Shown one piece after another: positions 8,563 to 16,917 of a stretch of 56,040 nt of DNA. Origin of the DNA: Pseudomonadota bacterium (GTDB lineage: Bacteria > Bdellovibrionota_B > Oligoflexia > Silvanigrellales > Silvanigrellaceae); assembly GCA_039799905.1 (NCBI GenBank), contig JBDLRP010000027.1, positions 1 to 56,040 of the forward strand, written 5' to 3'. Numbering within the stretch: the first letter of the stretch is position 1; every line of letters begins with the position of its first letter. The translations under genes and the position numbers were made by a program. The notes under the pieces were generated by a model. It did not search any database. It worked only from the letters and a program-made list of their open reading frames with translations, and was not told the origin of the DNA.

Positions 8563-10014
8563 ATGACGTGCGTTGGGAAAATGTTTTCATCTGAGACGGT
8601 CAAAAGCACACTGCCTCAACATCTCTTGCTGCCATTCCTCATGGCATTGCTGCTTATCGTAACAGGCTGCGCGAGCACACCGGTTGCTTCCAACGGTCGC
8701 ACCCCCGAATCAAAAGATGAAATCAAAAATCTCGTACAAGCAGGAAAAATTTTTGAGTGCCGGCTCAGCAGCGCCGACTGGACCATCCCCGGCGACGTAA
8801 GTCAGGCACAGATGTTCAAAAGTGAAGGAAGATGGGCCCTCATCTACGAGGCGCTCCTGCGCAGCGGTCCACGCAGTGTGTTCCAGCCCCTGCAGGCAAA
8901 TTTTTCCTTCAATGGCGACGGAATCGCCATGGGACAGCGTGGTTCTCCTAGGGTCACCGACGTCAAGACCTTTGAGGACAGCAACCGCAACAGGTGGTTT
9001 GTCAGCCGGTCCAAAATGGCCAATTCGGAACTCTTCAACGGCTTGGTGGAAGTGCTCGCCAACGGCAAAAACTTTCGCTCCGTGATTCCCGTTCCCGCCG
9101 GTGAATCGGTTCAGCAAATATGGCCAAGTCTTCCTGCTGTTTCTGGGTTCGCCAATATTGTCGTACGAAGCACCCCCTCGGATGACTCCGGCACCGGCAA
9201 CGACGATGAGAGCATCTTCAGGTGGTATCAGGTCGGCCTTGCAGACAACTCGGCAAAACTCATAACTCTGTACAAGCCCAAACAAGAAAACATCCAACCG
9301 GCAGGCTTCATCTCGATGGAGAAAACGACAGAGCCCGTGGCCGTGACGATTGTTCAGCCCCGACTCGACTCTGCCGATGCAGACCCGCGTGCCGGCGACC
9401 AGACAACTAAAATTTCACTGCGCAGAATCTTCACGCGCACTCCGGCCGAGCGGATTGTGTTTTCGGCAAAGGGAAGTTTCTCTAGCCTGACTCTCTCCGA
9501 CTCTTCCGTGGCACCGTCGACCCATCTCGCATGGATCCTCACACCGCTCAGGGGAGGAAATCGTTTTCTCCAAACTGTCACTCTGCCCGTCAGATTCATT
9601 CCCGAGCGATACTTCAGCCGTCCCAACGCCCGTGATTTTGAGTCATTTTTGGCGACAGAAATCAACTATGACGCAAACACTCCTGATTTCTCCTTCAACC
9701 TCTCTAAAGACAATCAGCCGATTCCCGTTCTCGCTTGGTGGGGCAAACTGGAAAACGACGTTGCGCTGCTCGTGCAGGTTCTCAACCCGGCTTTTCGCTC
9801 GCTCAAAGGAAATATACTCAAGACGGAAGACGGTACCGCTTTGGGTATTCAGTTCCAGCCCTCTCTCGCAGTCATTCCACCAAAGCCACACAATCGGGTG
9901 ATGTATTTTTCTGCGGCTCCGACACAAAGCGAAAAGAGTATCATGATTCTCTCCAACCGCTCCGACTCAGCCGATGTATCCAAGGAATCGAATCTCTATC
10001 TTTGTTTGTTCTGA
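8563..10014 (+). CDS. Hypothetical lipoprotein (beta-rich)
   Basis: LLLIVTGC lipobox; long ORF; start may be 8581. Confidence 0.75.
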   Translation: MTCVGKMFSSETVKSTLPQHLLLPFLMALLLIVTGCASTPVASNGRTPESKDEIKNLVQAGKIFECRLSSADWTIPGDVSQAQMFKSEGRWALIYEALLRSGPRSVFQPLQANFSFNGDGIAMGQRGSPRVTDVKTFEDSNRNRWFVSRSKMANSELFNGLVEVLANGKNFRSVIPVPAGESVQQIWPSLPAVSGFANIVVRSTPSDDSGTGNDDESIFRWYQVGLADNSAKLITLYKPKQENIQPAGFISMEKTTEPVAVTIVQPRLDSADADPRAGDQTTKISLRRIFTRTPAERIVFSAKGSFSSLTLSDSSVAPSTHLAWILTPLRGGNRFLQTVTLPVRFIPERYFSRPNARDFESFLATEINYDANTPDFSFNLSKDNQPIPVLAWWGKLENDVALLVQVLNPAFRSLKGNILKTEDGTALGIQFQPSLAVIPPKPHNRVMYFSAAPTQSEKSIMILSNRSDSADVSKESNLYLCLF

Positions 10015-10022
10015 GGTTAGGC

Positions 10023-11741
10023 TTGTCATTACTGCCCGAGCGAAAAATTGACTACAAATTCTTGCCCGCCCATTTTGATCCGGAAAACGAGAACATGGTC
10101 GGCGAAATTGTCGACTTCCTGAAAACAAAGCCACCGCAGAATTTTGAGTCGGCTGCCCGCTGGTACGGAACATTCTTGGAACTTTCTGACGCTACCAATG
10201 AAATCCAGACAAGGCTCGATCTGCTTTTTTCTCTCGAAACTCAGAATTCCGATCATCAAAACCGCATCACACGATTCGAGCAGAAAATTCTGGCTCAACT
10301 GATCGGCTCACGTGCAGAGCTCATGGACATTTATCTTCAGTCACCATGGCGTGGCTCGATGCATGCCGATGACAACGAGAAAATCAAACGCGAAATCATG
10401 TCGCGTCGCAGATTCACATCCCCCGAACTTGGCAGTCTTCAACTCGAAGAAAATCAGCTCATACGAGAATTCAAAACCTTCTCGGCAAACGCAACTTGTC
10501 TGTACTTCGGCAGGCAGACGCCTATTGGCATCGTCATCGGCAGAATGAACGACCCGCGACCGGAAATCAGGCGCGAAGCCTACATGTCGCACTGGCGGCG
10601 CATCAGTGAATCAAGATGCTGGCTTGAAGATCTGTTCACAAGCCTGCTCAAGAACAGACTTATGCAGGCGCGTGTCACAGGTGCAAAATCATACACTGAG
10701 CTGTGCTTTTCGGATCTCGGCAGATTCGACTACAGCGTACAGGATTGCGCTCGACTCAGGCGCAGCATCGAAGAATCCATCGTCCCGCTGGTGAGCAATC
10801 TTCAAAGCAGGCAGCTTCTGAGTCTTGGCACCGAATCGATGCGTCCGTGGGACTTGGGCATCTGGCCGCGCCTGACACCGTCGGATTCTCCAGCAATGGG
10901 AGATGTCGATAAGATCGTGGAAGCAGCCGAACGAATTGTCGGCCGGATTCATCCGGGCTTTGGAATTATTTTTAAGGATCTCCGTGAACGGGGATGTCTC
11001 GATGTCCACCCACGCAATTCGAAAGCACCGGGTGCCTTTTGTGTGACGCTGCCTGAGTCGGGCACACCATTTGTGTTCGGAAATTTTGCCGGTCATTTTC
11101 GTGATGCGTTCACACTGATCCATGAATTTGGTCATGCACTGCATGGTTCGGCTGTGCTGCAGATAAAAAATGCACTTGTGCGATATCCCGGTTTGGAATT
11201 CTGCGAAGTGGCATCGATGGGACTCGAATTTCTTGCCCAACCTTTTCTCGCCGAACTGTGGCCGCGCAGCGGCGATGCTGGAAAAGCTTGGGGCCTTCAC
11301 TGCTTTAATGCACTGCAGTTCTGGCCCTTTATGGCGATGCTTGATGAATGGCAGCACAGGGTCTACGACGAAGAAATGCTCAACCCCGATGACAGAGCCG
11401 CGCTATGGAAAGAACTCTCTGCACGTTACAGACCGAACACTGACTGGAACGGCATTGAGGAGTTTGAGGAACTCGGCTGGCTCAGCCGACCACATCCGAT
11501 GACCTCACCCTTCTATTATATTGACTACGGAATCGCTCAGCTGGGTGCTGTGCAATTGTGGCTTGCCGGTAAACGCAACCATAAAGTCGCTGTTGAAAAT
11601 TACATTCGCGGACTCAGTCTCGGAGCGCAACGCAGTCTGCCCCAGCTTTTTGAGGCGACCGGCCTGCGTTTTGATTTTTCGCCGCAGTGGGTCGGACATC
11701 TCGGAAAAGTACTCGCCGACGAGATTGATTCACTCATATAA
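10023..11741 (+). CDS. M3 family oligoendopeptidase (PepF-like)
   Basis: HEFGH, CEVAS, KAPGAFC, PFYYIDYGIAQLGA; likely TTG start at 10023 after GAGG. Confidence 0.9.
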   Translation: MSLLPERKIDYKFLPAHFDPENENMVGEIVDFLKTKPPQNFESAARWYGTFLELSDATNEIQTRLDLLFSLETQNSDHQNRITRFEQKILAQLIGSRAELMDIYLQSPWRGSMHADDNEKIKREIMSRRRFTSPELGSLQLEENQLIREFKTFSANATCLYFGRQTPIGIVIGRMNDPRPEIRREAYMSHWRRISESRCWLEDLFTSLLKNRLMQARVTGAKSYTELCFSDLGRFDYSVQDCARLRRSIEESIVPLVSNLQSRQLLSLGTESMRPWDLGIWPRLTPSDSPAMGDVDKIVEAAERIVGRIHPGFGIIFKDLRERGCLDVHPRNSKAPGAFCVTLPESGTPFVFGNFAGHFRDAFTLIHEFGHALHGSAVLQIKNALVRYPGLEFCEVASMGLEFLAQPFLAELWPRSGDAGKAWGLHCFNALQFWPFMAMLDEWQHRVYDEEMLNPDDRAALWKELSARYRPNTDWNGIEEFEELGWLSRPHPMTSPFYYIDYGIAQLGAVQLWLAGKRNHKVAVENYIRGLSLGAQRSLPQLFEATGLRFDFSPQWVGHLGKVLADEIDSLI

Positions 11742-11771
11742 AAAAAAGGAACCCAAAGGGTTCCTTTTTTT
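11740..11771. terminator. Bidirectional intrinsic terminator
   Basis: A-tract GGAACCC-AAA-GGGTTCC T-tract between the convergent M3 peptidase and rpsO. Confidence 0.9.
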
Positions 11772-11794
11772 CGCCATATCGTGCGCGGCACTCG

Positions 11795-12064
11795 TTACTT
11801 ACGAATGTTCAGCGCAGCAATGAGGCTGCTATAACGACCTGCGTCCTTGCGGCGGAGGTAGTCGAGCAGGCAGCGGCGGTGGCTGACCAATTTCAACAAT
11901 CCACGGCGACCCGCGAAGTCCTTCTTGTGGACTTTGAAGTGCTCGGTCAGCGTGTTGATGCGCTCGGTCAGCAGAGCAACCTGAACTTCGGTTGAGCCTG
12001 TGTCTTTGGCGTGAAGCTTGAACTTGCCGATCAGTTCTTCGCGTTGCTGTGAGGTCTGTTGCAT
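11795..12064 (-). CDS. rpsO: 30S ribosomal protein S15
   Basis: [37 protein letters not shown]. Confidence 0.98.
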   Translation of the reverse strand: MQQTSQQREELIGKFKLHAKDTGSTEVQVALLTERINTLTEHFKVHKKDFAGRRGLLKLVSHRRCLLDYLRRKDAGRYSSLIAALNIRK

Positions 12065-12181
12065 GTTACGTCTCCTTGCATGCTTTTTTTGCGGAACTTC
12101 CGCTGATTTTTACCGGGTCAAAACCAGACTGGGGACGGCCGACCAAAGCCTCTTCCGCCATACCAGTGATGACCTACACGA
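12065..12181 (-). promoter_or_regulatory. Structured 5' leader of rpsO (candidate S15 autoregulatory RNA)
   Basis: About 117-nt UTR with nested pairings GGTCA/TGACC, ACTGG/CCAGT and ATGGC/GCCGT. Confidence 0.4.
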
Positions 12182-12187
12182 CTCGCT

Positions 12188-12216
12188 GGGCTAGCACCCA
12201 GACCACAGAAAGGCAA
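12188..12216 (-). promoter_or_regulatory. Putative sigma70 promoter for rpsO
   Basis: TTGCCT-N17-TAGCCC with extended TG. Confidence 0.5.
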
Positions 12217-12224
12217 GCCACAAG

Positions 12225-13550
12225 ATGCATCAAGCCCGCGATGAATCAACGCCCCGCATTGCCAGGCTGCCTGACGGCTTTGGCTTCGGCGGTTTTATTC
12301 CGCGCGCCACGAGCACTCGGGAGAACATTCCCATTGGCGGCTATGTCACCGATAACTATCCTGAAAACATGATGTATCAGGCTCTTGTCGAGTCGATGAA
12401 AGGGGTCGGTCAAACCATTCCCAATCCGGCTGTGGGATGCGTTTTGACACGCAACGGTAAAATCATTTCAGCCGGTTATACAGAGTCATACGGCGGCAGG
12501 CACGCCGAACGCGTTGCCTTCAACAATTTGCAGCAACTTCATGAGGCAAGTGCGGGACTCGACGCGTTCGTCACACTGGAACCTTGCTCACATCACGGCC
12601 GACAGCCACCTTGCTGCGAGCTATTTGAAAACTCAGGGATCAGGTCACTTTACATCGCAATTCCAGACCCCAACCCCTTGGTCGGCGGAAAGGGACTGAC
12701 CGCCGTGGCTGGCAACGTCCAAAATCTCAACGTCGGACTGGCGAAGCATGCCGCAACTGCATGGCACCTTCCTTTTCTCGTTGAACATCGACTCGGTCGG
12801 CCATTGGTTGTCGGCAAATGGGCACAAACTCTCGACGGAGCGTTCGCCGATCAATCCGGCCGATCACAATGGATCACTGGCCCCCTTGCACGCGCCTACG
12901 GCCATTGGCTGAGGCAGAAATATGATGTGACAGTTGTTGGGTTGGGCACTCTTTTGCTTGATCAGCCGTCGCTCTCGGTGCGCGATTGCTGGCGACCAAA
13001 CGAGCGGCAACCCGACGTGTGCATCATCGACGCCTTGGGAGAAGCAACTTGCGAAGATGCGAGACTCAATTCCGGACTTTCAAAAATTTTGCAATCCACT
13101 GCCAGTGCGCGCAAAGTTGCGCTCGTCACAACCGCAGAAAATGCGTCCCAACTCGCAGGCAAACTGCCGGAATCTGTGGCCTTGCTCACGCTCAGCGGCG
13201 ACACTGCTGGCACCGACTCACTGATATCGGCACGCAGGGTTGCCCAATTCTGGACCTCCGACGCGATGCGCACGTGGCTCGATCGATTGCCGCAGAGCAT
13301 ATTTATAGAAGGCGGAGCGACGCTGCTGTCTGGCTTGCTTGAAATTGATGCGTTAGATCTCTTGCACGTTTTCATTGCACCAATGGTGCTGGCCGGAGAA
13401 GCACGGCGTCTCCAACGGCAGGGGCATACAGCTCCGCCCTTGAATAGCGCAACCCATTTTGACGTTCTCTCCACGTTCGCTCTGGGCAATGATATGCTCA
13501 TGGAGCTAATGCCGAGACGCATGAGCGAAACGTTTTTCCGCGAGGACTAA
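12225..13550 (+). CDS. ribD: Bifunctional riboflavin biosynthesis deaminase/reductase RibD
   Basis: PNPAVG, HAE, TLEPCSHHGRQPPC, KWAQTLDG, SQWITG, EGGA; start may be 12369. Confidence 0.93.
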   Translation: MHQARDESTPRIARLPDGFGFGGFIPRATSTRENIPIGGYVTDNYPENMMYQALVESMKGVGQTIPNPAVGCVLTRNGKIISAGYTESYGGRHAERVAFNNLQQLHEASAGLDAFVTLEPCSHHGRQPPCCELFENSGIRSLYIAIPDPNPLVGGKGLTAVAGNVQNLNVGLAKHAATAWHLPFLVEHRLGRPLVVGKWAQTLDGAFADQSGRSQWITGPLARAYGHWLRQKYDVTVVGLGTLLLDQPSLSVRDCWRPNERQPDVCIIDALGEATCEDARLNSGLSKILQSTASARKVALVTTAENASQLAGKLPESVALLTLSGDTAGTDSLISARRVAQFWTSDAMRTWLDRLPQSIFIEGGATLLSGLLEIDALDLLHVFIAPMVLAGEARRLQRQGHTAPPLNSATHFDVLSTFALGNDMLMELMPRRMSETFFRED

Positions 13551-13558
13551 ACAGACAC

Positions 13559-14602
13559 ATGTCGGACATCACGCCTTCAAGCGATTTATCCCAGCCAGCA
13601 GGTGCACCGCCCGCTGTGCCCGAGATTGCGCCATCGGCAGTGTTTCGCGCCGACAAACTCACGCCGCTCTTGTTGCGATTCCTCAACCGCCTCAAACAAA
13701 CAGGAAAATCCGTACACACCATTTCTGCGTACCGGAATGATCTCTCGATTTTCTGCCAATTCCTCATGGCAGAAAAAATTGACCCGCGAGATTTTCAATC
13801 GCAGTTTCAGGAGCGCTGGACTCATTACTTGAACCAGCATGGAAGGAAATCTGCTGCGAGTGTGCGACGGGCACTGATGAGCTCGCGCACGTTTTTGCAC
13901 TTTCTCATCAAAGAAAAAGTAATCGAGCGATCTCCACTTCTGGAGGCAAAATCGCCGCGGCAACCAAACCACGATCTCCTAACGGTGAAGCCTGAGCATT
14001 ATTTTAAATTAACCCACTTTCTCTCTGCAGCCGAGCGGGCAGCAGATCCGAAAGCAGTGCGCGATCTTGCACTCATCCAGCTGCTCGGCGAGTGCGGACT
14101 GAAGGCAAGCGAAGCTGCGCAGGCAAAATGGTGCGACATACTGTTCGAAGGAACACCCGAGTCGGAAACAGCAAGCGTTTCGATTCGTATCGCCGGACAA
14201 AATGAACGGGTGGTCAAAGCAGACGGTCATCTCGCAGCGACACTCGCAAAACTCAAAAACGCCAGACTTTCTCTCTCTTTGACTGCAGAGCCACAAGACA
14301 AATTGTTTTACGGTTTTCTCAACGTGAGCCGGCGTTTGAAGTCGGGTGGATTGCACCGTCACGGAGTCAAGTTCGTGATTTACGAAATTTGCGAAGAAGT
14401 ACTCGGCATACCCTACAATTCTGAAAGTCTGCGCAACCACGCAATACTGCGGTGGCTGGACCTGGGTCTTGGAACGCAGCAAGTCGCTACTCTGGCAGGA
14501 TATTCATCTCTCAACTCACTCGAACGCTTCCGCGCCAAGGCCAACAGCCAGCGTCGTCCGCAGCGCCGATCAAAAAGATCTCAACCCGAAGGACAGGCAT
14601 AG
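13559..14602 (+). CDS. XerC/D-fold tyrosine recombinase homolog, predicted catalytically inactive
   Basis: Core-binding domain (SVHTISAYRNDL, SVRRALMSSRTFLHFL) and RDLAL box; catalytic positions read GLKASE, ESLRN, LAGYSSLNSLERF. Confidence 0.88.
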   Translation: MSDITPSSDLSQPAGAPPAVPEIAPSAVFRADKLTPLLLRFLNRLKQTGKSVHTISAYRNDLSIFCQFLMAEKIDPRDFQSQFQERWTHYLNQHGRKSAASVRRALMSSRTFLHFLIKEKVIERSPLLEAKSPRQPNHDLLTVKPEHYFKLTHFLSAAERAADPKAVRDLALIQLLGECGLKASEAAQAKWCDILFEGTPESETASVSIRIAGQNERVVKADGHLAATLAKLKNARLSLSLTAEPQDKLFYGFLNVSRRLKSGGLHRHGVKFVIYEICEEVLGIPYNSESLRNHAILRWLDLGLGTQQVATLAGYSSLNSLERFRAKANSQRRPQRRSKRSQPEGQA

Positions 14603-14604
14603 AT

Positions 14605-15516
14605 ATGATGCAGCAAGTCATCGGACAATGTGAAATCCTTGAGCTGGTCGGATCAGGCGGACTTGGTGAGGTCTACAGGGCAAAACATCTGAAAACTGGC
14701 AATATCGTTGCTCTGAAGCGATTGCACGACAAGTATCAGAACAATCCAAAACTCCTTGGCCTCTTCCACAAAGAAATCCTCATGCACTCCCAGGTGTCGC
14801 ACAAGCATTGTGTGAAATTCTTTGAAGCAGACCTGACTCCACCCAATGCGCATATTGTGACGGAATTCATTGAAGGACTGAATTGTCATTACCTGCTGAA
14901 GAAAGTCGGCCCGCTTCCTCCGCTGATTGCCTGCTCCATCACACTGGATCTTCTCCAGGGACTCGACCACATCCACTGCCTCGATCTGGTTCACTCCGAT
15001 CTCACACCGGCTAATATTTTGCTGGAAGTGACTGGCAGAACAGTTCTGGCCGACTTTGGCCTGAGCTGCAATCAGGAGGTCGAAGATTACGAGGGCATGA
15101 CGGTCGGCACTCCGGGTTATCAGGCTCCCGAGCGGTTGCAGCACCAACCTATGACGCCACTTGCCGATATATATAACGCCGGCATCATTTTGCACGAACT
15201 GCTGACCGGTGATCGGATCTTCCCCAATCCCGACAGCAAAGATGTCATGGCCCGCATGAAGAATCTTCCGAACAAGATTCACTCAAGCGGCGACACGATG
15301 GTTGACGACTACATCTACAAGATGCTCAAGACAGCACTGCATCTGAATCCACAAAAGAGATTCCCTTCTGCACGGGAGTTTATGTTCGCGCTCTATCAGG
15401 TTCTCAAAGCATATGACATCCGCTATACGAGACGTGCAATTCTTCAGTGGATGGCTGACGTAAAACTCACGAAGCTTGCACCGCAAGAACCGAAACAGAC
15501 TATCTACATCCGCTGA
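14605..15516 (+). CDS. Soluble Hanks-type Ser/Thr protein kinase (non-RD)
   Basis: GSGGLGEVY, VALK, HSDLTPAN, DFG, GTPGYQAPE, DIYNAG; no TM or sensor domain. Confidence 0.92.
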   Translation: MMQQVIGQCEILELVGSGGLGEVYRAKHLKTGNIVALKRLHDKYQNNPKLLGLFHKEILMHSQVSHKHCVKFFEADLTPPNAHIVTEFIEGLNCHYLLKKVGPLPPLIACSITLDLLQGLDHIHCLDLVHSDLTPANILLEVTGRTVLADFGLSCNQEVEDYEGMTVGTPGYQAPERLQHQPMTPLADIYNAGIILHELLTGDRIFPNPDSKDVMARMKNLPNKIHSSGDTMVDDYIYKMLKTALHLNPQKRFPSAREFMFALYQVLKAYDIRYTRRAILQWMADVKLTKLAPQEPKQTIYIR

Positions 15517-16316
15517 TGAAAACCGAATCACGCTTCAGGATTGTATCCCTCGTACCGAGCATCACAGAAACCCTGTGCCATTTCGGGCTAATCGAACAGA
15601 TCGTGGGTTGTACGAGCTTTTGTGTCGAACCCAAAACACTGCGCCACGCTGTTCCGTCGGTCGGCGGAACGAAGGATGCGCGCATCGCCGACATAATCGC
15701 ACTGCGTCCGACTCATGTTGTTGTGAACCTCGAGGAGAACACCGCACAACTGATCGAAACTCTGCGCAATCTGCAGGCTGCTCATCAGTTTCTCCTGATC
15801 GAGACGTTCATTGACAAACCGGAAGATAATTTTGCGCTGATCGAACTGCTTGCCTCTGCATTTTCGCTCGGCGCAGAGACCGACAAGTGGATCGCAGATC
15901 AGCAATCCGCATTCCAGAAATTGAAATCCTCCCGATCGGTCGGAAGCTCATTCTCGTTCGCTTATTTCATATGGATGAATCCCTGGATGGTCGCGGGCAA
16001 CACCACCTACATTTCATCGGTTCTGTCTTTGATCGGCGGCGTTAACTCGATACAGACATCGCGCGAGCCAAACGAGAGGTATCCTGAAGTGAAAGCGGAC
16101 GATGCGCGCCTGAGTGTCAGCGATGTTCTGTTGTTTTCCTCCGAACCGTTTCCTTTTAAACTGCGGCACATGCAGCAATTTCAGTCAGAGGCAAAGATTT
16201 TGCGGCCAATGCTCAAAGTCGATGGACAAGCGCTGAGCTGGTATGGCAGCAGATTTTCGGAAACACTGACCTATCTGGAGAAACTCGATGCGGAAATACA
16301 AAAAGCGTCTCATTAA
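15516..16316 (+). CDS. BtuF/TroA-like helical-backbone metal/cobalamin receptor family protein, no signal peptide
   Basis: RIVSLVPSITETL, VGCTSFCVEP, VGGTK, EEN, SSEPFPF, VDGQALSWYG; TGATG overlap with the kinase stop. Confidence 0.85.
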   Translation: MKTESRFRIVSLVPSITETLCHFGLIEQIVGCTSFCVEPKTLRHAVPSVGGTKDARIADIIALRPTHVVVNLEENTAQLIETLRNLQAAHQFLLIETFIDKPEDNFALIELLASAFSLGAETDKWIADQQSAFQKLKSSRSVGSSFSFAYFIWMNPWMVAGNTTYISSVLSLIGGVNSIQTSREPNERYPEVKADDARLSVSDVLLFSSEPFPFKLRHMQQFQSEAKILRPMLKVDGQALSWYGSRFSETLTYLEKLDAEIQKASH

Positions 16317-16908
16317 TTTTTCGCTCGCGGGTGCTTTTGCTTTTCTCGCGATGCTCGCAAACAATATTCAGGCTGGCGATCAACCGGTTCAGCCAACGTC
16401 GAATTCAGTTGCCCAGCAATCCAATCAACCTGTGTCTGGCAATGCAGCTGCAACAGTACCGACCTACACGGTCATTTCTTGCAACGACGGCGATACCTGC
16501 CGGCTCAAGTCATCCGACAACACACAGGTTAAAGTCCGTCTTGTCGGAATTGACGCACCCGAGACGGGAAAAAAGAATCGAAAAAAACAAAAAGAAGGTC
16601 AGGCCGGCGGGATTGAGGCCAAAGAGTTTCTCAACACCCTCGTTGTTGGAAAGACGGTCACCTTGCGCAGCTATGGAGCCGACCACTACGGTCGCAATCT
16701 GGCTGAAATTATGGTCAACAATGAACCTGCAAATTTGCGCATGGTGGCTGAAGGCTGGGCAGAAGTCTACCGCGGCAAACCGCCGCAGGGTTTTGATCTA
16801 TCACGCTACAAAGCAGCTCAGGAAGATGCCGTCAAAAACAAGAAAGGCATCTGGAGCCTGCAAAACTACGAAAGCCCAAAAGACTTCCGCAAACGCAACA
16901 AAGATTGA
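16288..16908 (+). CDS. Secreted thermonuclease (SNase-like)
   Basis: DGDT, VRLVGIDAPE, DHYGRNLA, MVAEGWA, KGIW; N-terminal signal peptide. Confidence 0.92.
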   Translation: MRKYKKRLINFSLAGAFAFLAMLANNIQAGDQPVQPTSNSVAQQSNQPVSGNAAATVPTYTVISCNDGDTCRLKSSDNTQVKVRLVGIDAPETGKKNRKKQKEGQAGGIEAKEFLNTLVVGKTVTLRSYGADHYGRNLAEIMVNNEPANLRMVAEGWAEVYRGKPPQGFDLSRYKAAQEDAVKNKKGIWSLQNYESPKDFRKRNKD

Positions 16909-16917
16909 TGGCAACCG

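Noticed and set aside
9735..10022. Long N-terminal extension of the M3 peptidase
   Set aside because: Overlaps the upstream lipoprotein by about 280 nt; TTG 10023 with GAGG is more plausible
12083..12103. Terminator at TTTTTTT-GCGGAACTTCCGC
   Set aside because: The T-run is on the wrong side of the hairpin for either strand
13559..14602. Prophage or genomic-island integrase
   Set aside because: Catalytic residues are replaced, the gene is embedded behind ribD, and no att repeats or phage/ICE genes are visible
13559..14602. Pseudogene call for the Xer-like gene
   Set aside because: No stop or frameshift, good RBS and coupling, and changes concentrate on catalytic positions
14452..14604. Extended kinase start at 14452
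   Set aside because: Lies within the Xer-like gene; the kinase domain starts right after ATG 14605/14608
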